From: a virus
Length of the DNA stretch: 64,000 bases
IMG/VR virus record: IMGVR_UViG_2912849059_000001
Direction: 5' to 3' (one strand)
The notes beneath the pieces were generated by a model. The model worked only from the letters and a program-made list of their open reading frames with translations. It had not been told where the DNA came from and made no database searches. Below are positions 11,545-21,454 of this stretch, one piece after another. The stretch's first letter is position 1, and each line of letters starts with the position of its first letter. The position numbers and the translations under genes were made by a program.

Positions 11545-13199
11545 CATGCCCATCAACTTAAGGATAGAAACTCTACGGTTTTCCATTAATTGAAATGAAC
11601 AAACTTTTAAACAGTATAATCCTCTTAAAAATGAGCATACGAAATAAACCCTAACGGGTTTCATTTTTTTCTTATGCAGCTTTCTTTTGTTTTCTCAATC
11701 CATTATACTCATAGACAACACCCATAATATCAAAGATAGTTTTCTTCTCATATCGATGGGATTTCCGGCCATTTTTCTTTAGTAGGGTAAACAGGCGGAT
11801 TAAAACCTTTGTTATTATACGGGTGTTTCTCTGTATCGCTTGATATAACAGGGATAGATGATCTTGAATCATCCCAATTGCTTTATATTCGCTTAGTTCT
11901 CTTTTGTGCTTTTGCAACAGAAGTTGGCGCATCTTAAACATCGTGGAAGAACATATAAAAATGGCAATGAGTTTTCCATACACATGGCATTCTAATCGCT
12001 CTTGTTTGATAGTTTGCCAATGATGAATTTGAAATAGAGATTTCCACGTTTTAAATATGATTTCGATCTGCCAGCGGAGGGAGTAAAAATCATGGATTTG
12101 TTCCATCGGAACCACTTCCCAAGGCGTATTCGTAACATATATGTTGATACCCGTTAATCGTTTACTCTTTTCTGAAAATGTAATCCCCTTTTTACTTTCG
12201 GTATAGCTTTGTTTTTTTCTACGTTCCAGTATTTGTTCCTCTGTTAATCGGTAGATAATTACTCTTGTAAATAATCTTTGATTCTTGCCAATATACGACT
12301 CTTTTATTTCATACGTTTGTCCTGGTTTTAACGTGTGCATAATGTTCTCTAAATCAACTTGGATATACTGTGACTGTTTTTTGATTGTCCCATTTCGAAA
12401 GTATTCTGGAAATGGATTTTTCGTATAGACGGTATGGTTTAACTTAAGTCTTGATATATAGCACACGCCACGTTGATCCATTTGATCTAAGTCTTCCAAT
12501 GAAAAATATCCTAAATCACGAATACACAGATCACCCGGCCGTAAGGTATCTAAGCAATCTGTTCCAAATGTTTTATCATTATTTTTTCCAGGACCTACCT
12601 GGAAGTTTAAAAACTGTCCGCTGTGTAAGTCATATTCTAATTGAATCTTGATACCTGCAGTTTGTGCACAACCACCTGACCCAGGATATACATGTGCTAA
12701 ATGTTTCGGTACTTGGAAAATCGTCGCATCTAAAATACGGATTCGTTGAAAATACGTGAGTGCTGCACTTGAAATGGCTGATGTTTTACAAAGTTTACTT
12801 TTCCATAATGCAGAAAAAATATATTTCAAAAATTCAACCGCTTTTTTATCAAAGCGTTTATTGAGTCCTTCTGGACTCATAAGAGTGCCTGTGGCGGCGT
12901 GTAATTGACTGCATAGTCGAACGAGAGAATCACTCGCTGTACGTTGACTGACCCAGATACATATGGTAGCTAATTCATTTCCTGAAAACTTTCGTTTTCT
13001 TTTTACAAAACCTAATTCTTTAGCGAGTTCTTCCAAAAGAGAAGGGGTTAAATGACGATACAGCTCTTCAGAAAATAGTTGTAATTCATCTTGAATTGAA
13101 AGATTCATAAAAAATGTCATCCTTTCTAGCTAGCTTTTTAGAAAGAATAACGTTTTTTGACACTTGGGGGTAGTGCAAATTCTTAAGTTGATGGGCATG
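11545..13199 (-). mobile_element. IS231-group element (IS4 family), 1655 bp, inside the Tn4430 right IR
   Basis: IRs CATGCCCATCAACTTAAG; 11-bp TSD TGGCGGTACCC at 11534-11544 and 13200-13210. Confidence 0.96.
11672..13108 (-). CDS. IS231 transposase, 478 aa from MNLSIQDEL
   Basis: RILDAT, DLGY and YSLRWQIE (IS4 YREK) motifs. Confidence 0.95.
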   Translation of the reverse strand: MNLSIQDELQLFSEELYRHLTPSLLEELAKELGFVKRKRKFSGNELATICIWVSQRTASDSLVRLCSQLHAATGTLMSPEGLNKRFDKKAVEFLKYIFSALWKSKLCKTSAISSAALTYFQRIRILDATIFQVPKHLAHVYPGSGGCAQTAGIKIQLEYDLHSGQFLNFQVGPGKNNDKTFGTDCLDTLRPGDLCIRDLGYFSLEDLDQMDQRGVCYISRLKLNHTVYTKNPFPEYFRNGTIKKQSQYIQVDLENIMHTLKPGQTYEIKESYIGKNQRLFTRVIIYRLTEEQILERRKKQSYTESKKGITFSEKSKRLTGINIYVTNTPWEVVPMEQIHDFYSLRWQIEIIFKTWKSLFQIHHWQTIKQERLECHVYGKLIAIFICSSTMFKMRQLLLQKHKRELSEYKAIGMIQDHLSLLYQAIQRNTRIITKVLIRLFTLLKKNGRKSHRYEKKTIFDIMGVVYEYNGLRKQKKAA

Positions 13200-13314
13200 T
13201 GGCGGTACCCCTATAGGAAGACTTGCTTTCCTATGCATAATCAAACGCCCTCTAATTGTGGACTATTGCTTGCATTATTTTTTATTTATCCTTTTAATGC
13301 GGTATGTGAAATTT

Positions 13315-13671
13315 TCATCTTAGATTCCTCTTTTTTAATTGTTCACTTATATAACTTGGATCTCGTATACCAAGTTCTTTTGCTATCTGTACATTCGTCA
13401 TACCCATCTCTTGCATTATTAACGTTTCCTCACATAATACATCCCATTCTGCTTTTGTTCTCCGTTTCGGCTGATCTGCTACATAGGTTCCTCCTAAAGC
13501 AGTACCTAATTTATTTATCTGTTTACCTATTACACAATTATGTAAACAATGACTCGATTTATATTGATGCTCACATCCATTACAATGTTGGTCCTGTAAA
13601 TTTATTATCTTTATGCGTACAGTTCTTTTATCGATACCTTTTGTTTGTTCCATCAGCTGCAAAGTGGCCAA
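13315..13671 (-). CDS. Phage Zn-finger + C-terminal HTH protein
   Basis: CxxC..C..C cluster; MTNVQIAKELGI HTH-like segment. Confidence 0.6.
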   Translation of the reverse strand: MATLQLMEQTKGIDKRTVRIKIINLQDQHCNGCEHQYKSSHCLHNCVIGKQINKLGTALGGTYVADQPKRRTKAEWDVLCEETLIMQEMGMTNVQIAKELGIRDPSYISEQLKKRNLR

Positions 13672-14183
13672 TCTAATTTATCTACATGTACCAGGTAATC
13701 TACGAGAGCGCGATCAGTTCTTTCTACTACATACGCATGTTGTTCAAATTCTTCTCTTGGAATGGATTTACGGCCACCATCATATAGCATAGCTTCATAG
13801 TATTCTGCTACTAATGAAACCGGAACGAAATAGATAATATGATCTGTTCTAAATTCTATTAAAAAGAAACAAATGGACCCATGCTCTTGCGTATCCCTTA
13901 AATAATCAATTTGATGCCTACTAATACTATCTAACGGGAATCTTTTTGTTTCTTTAGTAGACTTCGCTTCGAAGTAAACAGCTCTTCCTTTATATACGCC
14001 ATCGTAATCTACAGTAGATTTACTTCCCCATGCACTTTTGGTTATTTCACCTTTTTTATTCGTTTTTATAACTTTCACCGGTGTTGGACGTTTATTAAAA
14101 ATACCTACATTCGCTGATTTATACATGCGACAAGTAATGTTTAATAATTGTTCAAATGCCATTCCTCTATTTCCGTAACCCAT
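13653..14183 (-). CDS. recU: RecU-family Holliday junction resolvase
   Basis: NRGMAFE, KRPTP, STVDYDGVYKG, FEAKST motifs. Confidence 0.9.
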   Translation of the reverse strand: MGYGNRGMAFEQLLNITCRMYKSANVGIFNKRPTPVKVIKTNKKGEITKSAWGSKSTVDYDGVYKGRAVYFEAKSTKETKRFPLDSISRHQIDYLRDTQEHGSICFFLIEFRTDHIIYFVPVSLVAEYYEAMLYDGGRKSIPREEFEQHAYVVERTDRALVDYLVHVDKLDWPLCS

Positions 14184-14219
14184 GCTACTTCCTCTCTTTC
14201 TCTCAAATAAAGATTTTGT

Positions 14220-14630
14220 TTAGCTCACTAATCCGGCCACAACGCATGGCGTATCGTCTGACCAAACTGTTTCGTTCTCCTTATAAATTTCCTCTAACGT
14301 TTTATAAACAGGAAATCCAATGCATTCCCACTCGATTTTTTCAGTTGGCTCCATTTCCTCAACTACAACATCATGAATATCTCCGTACTTCATAACATGC
14401 AATAAATAATACCCGACCGCTTCAAATCGATTATTTGCTCTAATGACTTTAATATGTTCACCGAATGCAAACATGACTTTGTAAAAGTTCATTTGCGCTA
14501 CCTGTATTTTTTCAATACATTCTACAATTCCGTCATAATAACTCTCTTCAACCAGAAGAGTTTTACCAATACCATCAATGTCCGCTTTCTCCCAAAGTGA
14601 TTTATCTCTTTTTATGTCTTGCAACTTCAT
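14220..14630 (-). CDS. Hypothetical phage protein
   Basis: 136-aa ORF with RBS in the early operon. Confidence 0.7.
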   Translation of the reverse strand: MKLQDIKRDKSLWEKADIDGIGKTLLVEESYYDGIVECIEKIQVAQMNFYKVMFAFGEHIKVIRANNRFEAVGYYLLHVMKYGDIHDVVVEEMEPTEKIEWECIGFPVYKTLEEIYKENETVWSDDTPCVVAGLVS

Positions 14631-14667
14631 TTCTAATTCTCCTTTACTAATAAAATATCGTTTTGGT

Positions 14668-14952
14668 TTACTTTTCTTCTCCGTGTAAAAATTTCATACA
14701 AGTATTAATTGTGTGATGAAATACAATTAGATACGGAACTTCTATCTTTTTTTTATTTTTCACTAATTTTAGATTCATTAATTGCCCCATTAGCCATTCA
14801 GCTTTTTGTTCTCCTTTTTGATGAATCCCAACATGGATATTTTCTTTAATTCCATTTCTTTCACCGAATTGATATGCCGCTTCCAAACCAGGATCTCCAC
14901 TGTATTCTACTAGTCCAGTCATATAAGCTAGTTGCTCACGTCTCGTTTTCAT
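14668..14952 (-). CDS. Hypothetical phage protein
   Basis: 94-aa ORF with RBS. Confidence 0.7.
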   Translation of the reverse strand: MKTRREQLAYMTGLVEYSGDPGLEAAYQFGERNGIKENIHVGIHQKGEQKAEWLMGQLMNLKLVKNKKKIEVPYLIVFHHTINTCMKFLHGEEK

Positions 14953-15034
14953 TTATTCTCCCTCTCTTCCAAATAACGAACTTTCATTGGATCCAATGGT
15001 ACTTTTTGTTCGTTTTTTTAAATAAAGATTTTAT

Positions 15035-15241
15035 TTAAATTTCCTCTACTTCAACATCAGCATCAAATTCAGCTTTAACAGCTAATGCCATCTTTAACTC
15101 TCTATTATTTTCATTCAGTTTTATCAGTCTATCTGTAATTGCTTTATTAACTTGTTCGCTATTACTTGTATAATTTCTAAGCTCTTCCATCGCCTTTTCA
15201 TTGTTCTTAATTGCTTTTTGAAACCGTTTCTGTATATTCAT
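15035..15241 (-). CDS. Hypothetical coiled-coil protein
   Basis: 68-aa ORF with RBS. Confidence 0.65.
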   Translation of the reverse strand: MNIQKRFQKAIKNNEKAMEELRNYTSNSEQVNKAITDRLIKLNENNRELKMALAVKAEFDADVEVEEI

Positions 15242-15271
15242 TACTTTCTTCCTCTCAAATAAGAATTTTGT

Positions 15272-15628
15272 TTAGTTTTCTAATAGCTCTGGATTTTCGT
15301 AGATATTACCAATCACTACTGCTGTAAAAGGTAATGTATCTCTGAATGGAAAATAATTTTTCAGATGATTACGCGGGCTACTTATCAATTTTTCTTGCCA
15401 TCGGAAATCATGAAAAACAACCTTAGTCACAATATCTTTCTCTTTTAAAATATCCCCTTCATAAATCTCCTTACCGTTCTTATCTTTTAAGCCCGTGTAT
15501 TGCATAACATTAAATGGACGTTGTTCTGGCGTTCCGGGGAAAATCTCCCATGCAGGTAAATCAAAAATCTCTCTCCATCCCATCATTTTTTTACTCATTA
15601 CATTCCAAACTCTAAATTGATATCTCAT
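15272..15628 (-). CDS. YopX-family protein
   Basis: FRVWN...MQYTGLKDKNGKEIYEGDIL...VIGNIYENPELL. Confidence 0.9.
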   Translation of the reverse strand: MRYQFRVWNVMSKKMMGWREIFDLPAWEIFPGTPEQRPFNVMQYTGLKDKNGKEIYEGDILKEKDIVTKVVFHDFRWQEKLISSPRNHLKNYFPFRDTLPFTAVVIGNIYENPELLEN

Positions 15629-15664
15629 TTTTATCCGCCCTTTCTATTCAAATAACTATTTTGT

Positions 15665-15892
15665 TTAGTTTTCATCTTCCTCATCATCACAATAGCAATC
15701 TTCTTCCACCTCATTGCACCGATCGCAAACTTTTTGAACTTCAAAACCCTTAAAATCATAAATTGGTTGTACTTGATATTTTTTGTTGCATGAATCGCAT
15801 TCTACCTCGTGACTTCCTTCTTCCCATTCAGCACGACAATCTTCTACAATTGACTCACAATACGGACATTGTTGAGTTTTTAATAGTTCCAT
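15665..15892 (-). CDS. Small Cys-rich (Zn-binding) phage protein
   Basis: Three CxxC motifs. Confidence 0.65.
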   Translation of the reverse strand: MELLKTQQCPYCESIVEDCRAEWEEGSHEVECDSCNKKYQVQPIYDFKGFEVQKVCDRCNEVEEDCYCDDEEDEN

Positions 15893-15913
15893 TTTCCATC
15901 TCTCCCTTTTCGA

Positions 15914-16282
15914 TTAATAAATTCCCTTTTTATAATTAGATACGGACTTATTTACTTTTCTTGTTGTACTTGCATCCTTATAGAATGTCATTTCTTTATA
16001 TTGACGAGGGTTTGGATTATCTGGTTCCGAATCCTGACACCCTTCGCGATTTAACTGATGCTGGAACCTTTCTTCTGGACACCATTTCAATCCGCCCCAA
16101 GATGCCCATTCGTTATCAGAAACTGTTACTTGCTCAACATCAGTAAGTTTCCCATCTTGTTTTAATAGCCATAAATATTCTTCAAATTGCATCTCCCAAG
16201 GTTTATATGAATTTCCGAACAACATTACACGATCTTCTGTAAATTGAACTCTTACTATTTTATTAGCTTGTCTTCTAGCCAT
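15914..16282 (-). CDS. Hypothetical phage protein
   Basis: 122-aa ORF with RBS. Confidence 0.7.
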   Translation of the reverse strand: MARRQANKIVRVQFTEDRVMLFGNSYKPWEMQFEEYLWLLKQDGKLTDVEQVTVSDNEWASWGGLKWCPEERFQHQLNREGCQDSEPDNPNPRQYKEMTFYKDASTTRKVNKSVSNYKKGIY

Positions 16283-16301
16283 TTCTCATTCCCCTTTTCG
16301 A

Positions 16302-16493
16302 TTAATCTTTATAAGGTTGCCAATTCATACCGTCCAAATTAATAGTTTCTTTTCCGTAAACTTTGCGCCCACGCCCTTGCTCAACTTTGGTTATTTCGTA
16401 CCACTTGCCAGTATCATCATCTTTCACAACCCCTTTACTTGGCTTGTAAGAGAATGAAAACACCTTTTCACCATCTACATAAAACGGATACAT
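16302..16493 (-). CDS. Hypothetical phage protein
   Basis: 63-aa ORF with RBS. Confidence 0.6.
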   Translation of the reverse strand: MYPFYVDGEKVFSFSYKPSKGVVKDDDTGKWYEITKVEQGRGRKVYGKETINLDGMNWQPYKD

Positions 16494-16528
16494 TGTAATC
16501 CCCCTTTTCGATTAAAATAACGCTTTGG

Positions 16529-16747
16529 TTACAATTTATTTAATGCTTCATCAATCACTTGTTTTATTTTCTTTTTACTTACTCCGTTGCTAACGTCGTA
16601 TTCAAAATTAAATCCACACTTACAAGTACGTTTGACTATATTGTCATCAACTTCTAATGTACCTTGACCATTACCAACAAATTGATTACCACAATTCGGA
16701 CAGTCGTTAATAAGGGGTGATATTCTCAAAAAATCCATTGCATTCAT
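16529..16747 (-). CDS. DUF3797-like Zn-ribbon protein
   Basis: CPNCGN...RTCKCG. Confidence 0.6.
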   Translation of the reverse strand: MNAMDFLRISPLINDCPNCGNQFVGNGQGTLEVDDNIVKRTCKCGFNFEYDVSNGVSKKKIKQVIDEALNKL

Positions 16748-17082
16748 TCTTCATCATCCTCCTCTTCATGAACATATACATGTGCTTCTATTGTTGTATT
16801 ACACTCATAGCAATCAAAAGATCCACCTTGTCCAATCCCATATTCACGAATATTAGCACCGCACCTTGGACAAAAGGAAACTGTACCTTCTTTCCACTCT
16901 TCTTTTGTACAAATTGGCTCGACTATAAAATTACGATAAGTATTTAAAGGTGAAAGTAGTACATCTTCCTTTGCTATATTAATCGCTTCCTCTAAAGAAA
17001 CATCATTGCTTGTTTCTGCAGTTATATTAATAGAGTTATCTACTTTTTGAGCTTTTATTTTATAGAGCATGTTTTCTTTCAT
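16744..17082 (-). CDS. Hypothetical Zn-ribbon protein
   Basis: CPRCG...CYEC. Confidence 0.65.
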   Translation of the reverse strand: MKENMLYKIKAQKVDNSINITAETSNDVSLEEAINIAKEDVLLSPLNTYRNFIVEPICTKEEWKEGTVSFCPRCGANIREYGIGQGGSFDCYECNTTIEAHVYVHEEEDDEE

Positions 17083-17110
17083 ATCTCATTCCCTCGCTTT
17101 TGTATAAAAT

Positions 17111-17344
17111 TCAAATTTGATAATATTTTTGTTTAGCACCGTGCACTATAGCAGCACGATACAAAAAATTCCTAACAATATATAAAGCTTCATGTTCATC
17201 TTTTGCATTTATATCTACATTTAGCGTCCCTTCCATTGGCGGTAATTCATAAGTAACAACAAATGTATACATATCAATATCCGCTCGCTTGGCGTTCAAA
17301 GTTTTCCTTATTCTTCTCCTTGTAGGCCTGTACAACATCTTCAA
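17111..17344 (-). CDS. Hypothetical phage protein (true start may be later)
   Basis: 77-aa ORF in operon. Confidence 0.5.
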   Translation of the reverse strand: MKMLYRPTRRRIRKTLNAKRADIDMYTFVVTYELPPMEGTLNVDINAKDEHEALYIVRNFLYRAAIVHGAKQKYYQI

Positions 17345-17855
17345 ATTTATAACCGTATAAATAGCAAAGACGGAAGAAAATACCGAACGCTTTATGTAAA
17401 TGAGTTAATGCTACACTTAAATTTTTAAATTCACACCATGCACGTTTAGCTGATAATATATCCTGCATATACCATTCAAAAAGCCTGTTTACATTCAACA
17501 CGTTTTTCTTCATGATGTATTGTTTCGAAAATCCAGATACGAGTTTTCTTTTTAATGTATGACGTTCTAATTCAATTACAATGTTCATTAGAAAGTGGAA
17601 TCCATCAACTAACTCTTCCAATAGACCATCCTTTGGTGTTCCAAATCCTGTGCTCCACATTTTAAAGGCCCTTGTTTCGTTCCAGGCTTCACCAATTTCA
17701 ACCATTAACCCGCGGAACAGCATATCTAACTTATCGTTACCCTTATATCCGATTCGCTTATCTAGTTCTTTCTGCATTTTGAACAACTCTGTAATATCAA
17801 AAGTCTGCTGCGTTTCTTCTGGAGTAATTACATATAGGTTTGTTGTGTGTCTCAT
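17274..17855 (-). CDS. Dimeric (all-alpha) dUTPase
   Basis: VEIGEAWNE..FKMWS, EELVDGFHF, YKEKNKENFERQ. Confidence 0.88.
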   Translation of the reverse strand: MRHTTNLYVITPEETQQTFDITELFKMQKELDKRIGYKGNDKLDMLFRGLMVEIGEAWNETRAFKMWSTGFGTPKDGLLEELVDGFHFLMNIVIELERHTLKRKLVSGFSKQYIMKKNVLNVNRLFEWYMQDILSAKRAWCEFKNLSVALTHLHKAFGIFFRLCYLYGYKFEDVVQAYKEKNKENFERQASGY

Positions 17856-18301
17856 AATGCATAAGCCCCTTTACGATAATCTTTAATAATTTCACCCTCA
17901 TCATTGAAATAAACAATCTCCCAATGAGGATTAAACCTAAACTTGTGAGGATCATCATCCAGGACAATGAATAAATCGTTTTTACAATTCCCGACGATCG
18001 TCCCTTTTCTTCCCTGCGCTTCGACACGCATTCCACGTTTTGCGAATGGGATTCTTCTAAAATTACACATCTTCCGGAATGGTTCTTCCTTACCAAATAG
18101 GGTTGCTATATCAACTACACCTTTATATTCACAAGTGATAAATGGCTCAAACTGTTCGAACGGCATATTGATAAAACCTTGCATTTTAATTTGTTTGTAA
18201 AAATGATATTTCGCCATCTTTTCATTTTCTTTTACTACAATGTGATTACAACGCCAGTGAGGGAAGACTGTTGAAATATGATATTTATATGTAGATTTCA
18301 T
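17852..18301 (-). CDS. Hypothetical phage protein
   Basis: 149-aa ORF, overlapping start/stop with neighbours. Confidence 0.7.
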   Translation of the reverse strand: MKSTYKYHISTVFPHWRCNHIVVKENEKMAKYHFYKQIKMQGFINMPFEQFEPFITCEYKGVVDIATLFGKEEPFRKMCNFRRIPFAKRGMRVEAQGRKGTIVGNCKNDLFIVLDDDPHKFRFNPHWEIVYFNDEGEIIKDYRKGAYAL

Positions 18302-18708
18302 CGTTCTCCCTCCTGGCTAACTAATGAGACTTTAGACCATTCAAGAATTGGACTTTCTTCCACTCTTTTCTCTGGTTCCAATAGGAATCGTGCGGATTCA
18401 TTACAATTTGTACATGTAACTTGAATTTCTTTTTCTGTTGTTTGGACTATAACGCCCTGGATTCCATTCTCCTTTGTCGCAATAATAGGAAGTACTACAG
18501 CATTCCCCTTTTCTTGTTCCGCTACTACATCCATTCCACAATTACATAAGATTTCAAATTTCATGATTCCATTCTCCTTTAAACGTTTTATGATCGTTAT
18601 AACGAGTAAGACCGCCAATTCTAGTTCGTCCAATTCCCACAACTGGCGGTCCTTTGTCCTATAACACTCTAAAGCTATTAACTTTCCAATCAATTTTTCT
18701 CTACGCAA
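18298..18708 (-). CDS. Hypothetical phage protein
   Basis: 136-aa ORF. Confidence 0.65.
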   Translation of the reverse strand: MRREKLIGKLIALECYRTKDRQLWELDELELAVLLVITIIKRLKENGIMKFEILCNCGMDVVAEQEKGNAVVLPIIATKENGIQGVIVQTTEKEIQVTCTNCNESARFLLEPEKRVEESPILEWSKVSLVSQEGER

Positions 18709-18770
18709 TATCTTGTTTCACCTTTTAAATTCCCAATATTCAAAAAACGTTAAATGCACTCTTTACCGGT

Positions 18771-19238
18771 TCAACCTGCAGCATCTTCTGCAAAGAAAAG
18801 TATTTCTAAATCATGCGGTTCCACTTCATATGATTCATCTGAATTATTTACTAGCACCGTTACAATCCCTGTATCTTTATCTTGATGACCTACAGTTAAA
18901 ACACGACTATCATCACTAACGAAATCACCCGAATGAAATTCATTGTTTCTTCTTTTTTTCTTAGCGAAGACTCTGCGGCGCTCTTCCCAATACTGTTCAT
19001 CTTCTGTTACTAAACGGCAGTGATCTGCATATTGCCATCCTCTATCACCCACATTAGATACACTGTGATTTCCCCATACACCTAAAATTTTAATTCGACC
19101 GTTCTTTCTCTCAACTTCCATTGCTTTTACTTCTGCAAACATTGTGTAATCATTACATTCATACGCTACCCAGTCACCTAGTTCGAATGGTGTTTTGATA
19201 AACTGCGGTACTGGTACAATAACTGCTACAATTTTCAT
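18771..19238 (-). CDS. Hypothetical phage protein
   Basis: 155-aa ORF. Confidence 0.7.
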   Translation of the reverse strand: MKIVAVIVPVPQFIKTPFELGDWVAYECNDYTMFAEVKAMEVERKNGRIKILGVWGNHSVSNVGDRGWQYADHCRLVTEDEQYWEERRRVFAKKKRRNNEFHSGDFVSDDSRVLTVGHQDKDTGIVTVLVNNSDESYEVEPHDLEILFFAEDAAG

Positions 19239-19240
19239 CT

Positions 19241-19666
19241 TTAACCCTCCAAATATTTGGTTACATATTGTGGTTTAAATCCGCTATCAAAATAGATTCG
19301 TAACGGCTGCGGTTCCTGCGATTCCCTCGCGGCTTTGCAAATCTCTTCTGCTTCGTCCCAAAAGAAACTTTTATCTTGTGCTCGTCTATACCGCCATAAC
19401 GCTGTTACATAGTCGATATACATATCAAAGTGATTATCCTGCTTTACAGAGCGTGGCAGCTCGTCTGCACTCCATACATCACACGGAATAATAGCAAGCA
19501 CATCAGCGAATCTTACACGTCCTGGCAGGTGCTTCGCTTTAGCATTTCTTATATCAAACGGCTGCGCCTGTTCCCTAAAATCTATAACTTTTTTGTTTTT
19601 TATTGCTGCAGTTGTATTTGTTAGATCATCCAGCAAGAATGTCAGTTGTTCCGTCATCGTGAACAC
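19241..19666 (-). CDS. Hypothetical phage protein
   Basis: 141-aa ORF. Confidence 0.7.
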   Translation of the reverse strand: MFTMTEQLTFLLDDLTNTTAAIKNKKVIDFREQAQPFDIRNAKAKHLPGRVRFADVLAIIPCDVWSADELPRSVKQDNHFDMYIDYVTALWRYRRAQDKSFFWDEAEEICKAARESQEPQPLRIYFDSGFKPQYVTKYLEG

Positions 19667-20126
19667 CTTCTTTTAACTGCATCGTGTACACAAGTCCTCT
19701 ATCTAATAACGCACCGACAACTGCATTAATCCACAAATGATTGCCAATCTTTTTCTGTAAATACTGTAGAATCGCAATGATTTCATTTGTAGAAAGTGAT
19801 ACGAATACACCCAATTTCTCTTGATTAAACTTTCCGCCGCGCTTTTCAATCTCTAATGTTATTCCATGTTCTTGCACGTATCGTTCTGCTTTAACCAAAT
19901 TAAATTCGCGTACTTTATCCCTTCCATACCCTTTAGTAAGAGCCGTTAACATGTCTTTAATTACTAACGTTTCAACTACTTTTAATTTAAGCTCCACTTC
20001 ACCGCGACAAGACTTACAAAGCGTTTTCTCGCATCCTTCAATATGCATACTTTTTACATCAGTAGATGGAATTACATCACCGCAGATATCACACCAATCA
20101 CTATTATCAAACAACAAATCATTCAT
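19626..20126 (-). CDS. Hypothetical protein with N-terminal CxxC pairs
   Basis: CDICG...CKSC. Confidence 0.7.
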   Translation of the reverse strand: MNDLLFDNSDWCDICGDVIPSTDVKSMHIEGCEKTLCKSCRGEVELKLKVVETLVIKDMLTALTKGYGRDKVREFNLVKAERYVQEHGITLEIEKRGGKFNQEKLGVFVSLSTNEIIAILQYLQKKIGNHLWINAVVGALLDRGLVYTMQLKEGVHDDGTTDILAG

Positions 20127-20311
20127 TACTTTCAGCTCCCTGCTTTATAGTTTTTAATTAATCTATTTATCTTTATATTTTTATAAATGCACATATTTTT
20201 GGCCGCTAGTGCATTTATCATGTTATAATTGCAAATGTAAATTTATTTTTAAATCCAAATCTATATCTACCTTTAACTTTTTGAGCATCCATCAATATGA
20301 TGGATCTTTTT

Positions 20312-20659
20312 TTATGCGTTTTCCCTTATTTTCTCTACTACTTTTGGATTACCGCCTAGCGATTCCAGGCGATTCGCTACCTCAAGCACCTTTTTTTGTT
20401 CTTCATCTCTAATGTATTTATCTTTTTTCTGTTTTTGCATGTACATTTCAATTAGTTCTTTTTCAACTGCAACAGCTTCTTCTTTTTGCTTATTACTTAA
20501 TTCCTTTAATTCCAATGCAGTTGTTACCTCACGATTATTCATCGCTCTATTACTCTGTTGTTCTAACATTTTTTGATTCTTCATATATTCACGTAGCTGA
20601 CTCTCTAAAGCCCCAGCTCTTTGTATATGCTCCGGAAGTACCCTATCGGCTAATCCCAT
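20312..20659 (-). CDS. Hypothetical coiled-coil protein
   Basis: 115-aa ORF with RBS. Confidence 0.7.
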   Translation of the reverse strand: MGLADRVLPEHIQRAGALESQLREYMKNQKMLEQQSNRAMNNREVTTALELKELSNKQKEEAVAVEKELIEMYMQKQKKDKYIRDEEQKKVLEVANRLESLGGNPKVVEKIRENA

Positions 20660-20722
20660 CTAATTCACCTCAATTCCAGCCACACCGTTTATAGGTGCAG
20701 CTGAAAGTTATATAAATTGCTA

Positions 20723-21430
20723 TTAAGCAATGATAAATACTTTTTTGTTTTCAATTTCGTCTGCTAGTTCGGCATTTAAATATTCTTTAATATTTTTGAT
20801 TGCTTCTAGCTTCCATGCGCCGCCATCTGCTTCATAAAGTGAGCATCTTGGGCCATCTTTCATACGGAAAATAAAATCGCTTTCTGGTTGTGCTACCTCA
20901 ACAAATGTTCTATATGGTTGTAAAGATACTGGATTAGGAACCGCTACTTCGTCTACTGTTGCAAGGCCACTTTTTGCCACAACACTTTGCGAAACTCCAT
21001 TATCACCCCAAGACTTCACATTTTCTTCTGTTATATTTCCAACCACTCTAAGCATTACATCCCGATCATCGTTTTTTACAAAGGCTGATTGAAGGTTAAT
21101 AATAAAATTCTCTACATCATGCCAATAGCCAAAATCAAAATCTGGAATAAGAGCTTCTGTTTTTACAAATGTACTACGGTTATAGTTTCCATTAATTGCT
21201 GTGAAGCAGTTTACTGTGGTAGGGCTTGCGATATGAATCATTAGTTGCTCTTCTACATCAAAGTTTGATTTTACATAATCTACTAGACCAGATAAGTTGC
21301 GAACTAATATTGCTCTTGCTGTTGGTTCTTCAACAACATGTAATGGTTGCGTCGAAAACGTTTGGCCATCAATGTCTTTCGTTTCTGTATTTCCTAATTT
21401 CACTAAATATTGAAGTGCTTCTTTAATCAT
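20723..21430 (-). CDS. Conserved phage protein (second of a common gene pair)
   Basis: 235 aa; VPNPVSLQPYRTFVEVAQPES, ADGGAWKLEA. Confidence 0.7.
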   Translation of the reverse strand: MIKEALQYLVKLGNTETKDIDGQTFSTQPLHVVEEPTARAILVRNLSGLVDYVKSNFDVEEQLMIHIASPTTVNCFTAINGNYNRSTFVKTEALIPDFDFGYWHDVENFIINLQSAFVKNDDRDVMLRVVGNITEENVKSWGDNGVSQSVVAKSGLATVDEVAVPNPVSLQPYRTFVEVAQPESDFIFRMKDGPRCSLYEADGGAWKLEAIKNIKEYLNAELADEIENKKVFIIA

Positions 21431-21454
21431 TTTTTATTTCCCCTTTACAATTTA

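Larger units (their letters stand above)
7397..11545 (-). mobile_element. Tn4430 (Tn3 family, 4149 bp); original right end extends to 13211 with IS231 inside it
   Basis: 38-bp perfect IRs GGGGTACCGCCAGCATTTCGGAAAAAAACCACGCTAAG at 7397-7434 and 11508-11545; 987-aa TnpA plus 284-aa TnpI; length matches Tn4430. Confidence 0.97.

Noticed and set aside
13212-13216. Possible Tn4430 TSD shared with 61400-61404 or 7392-7396
   Set aside because: TATAG, TTATA and TTCTG do not match
13164-13676. 170-aa + strand ORF
   Set aside because: Spans the IS end and is antisense to a real gene; shadow ORF
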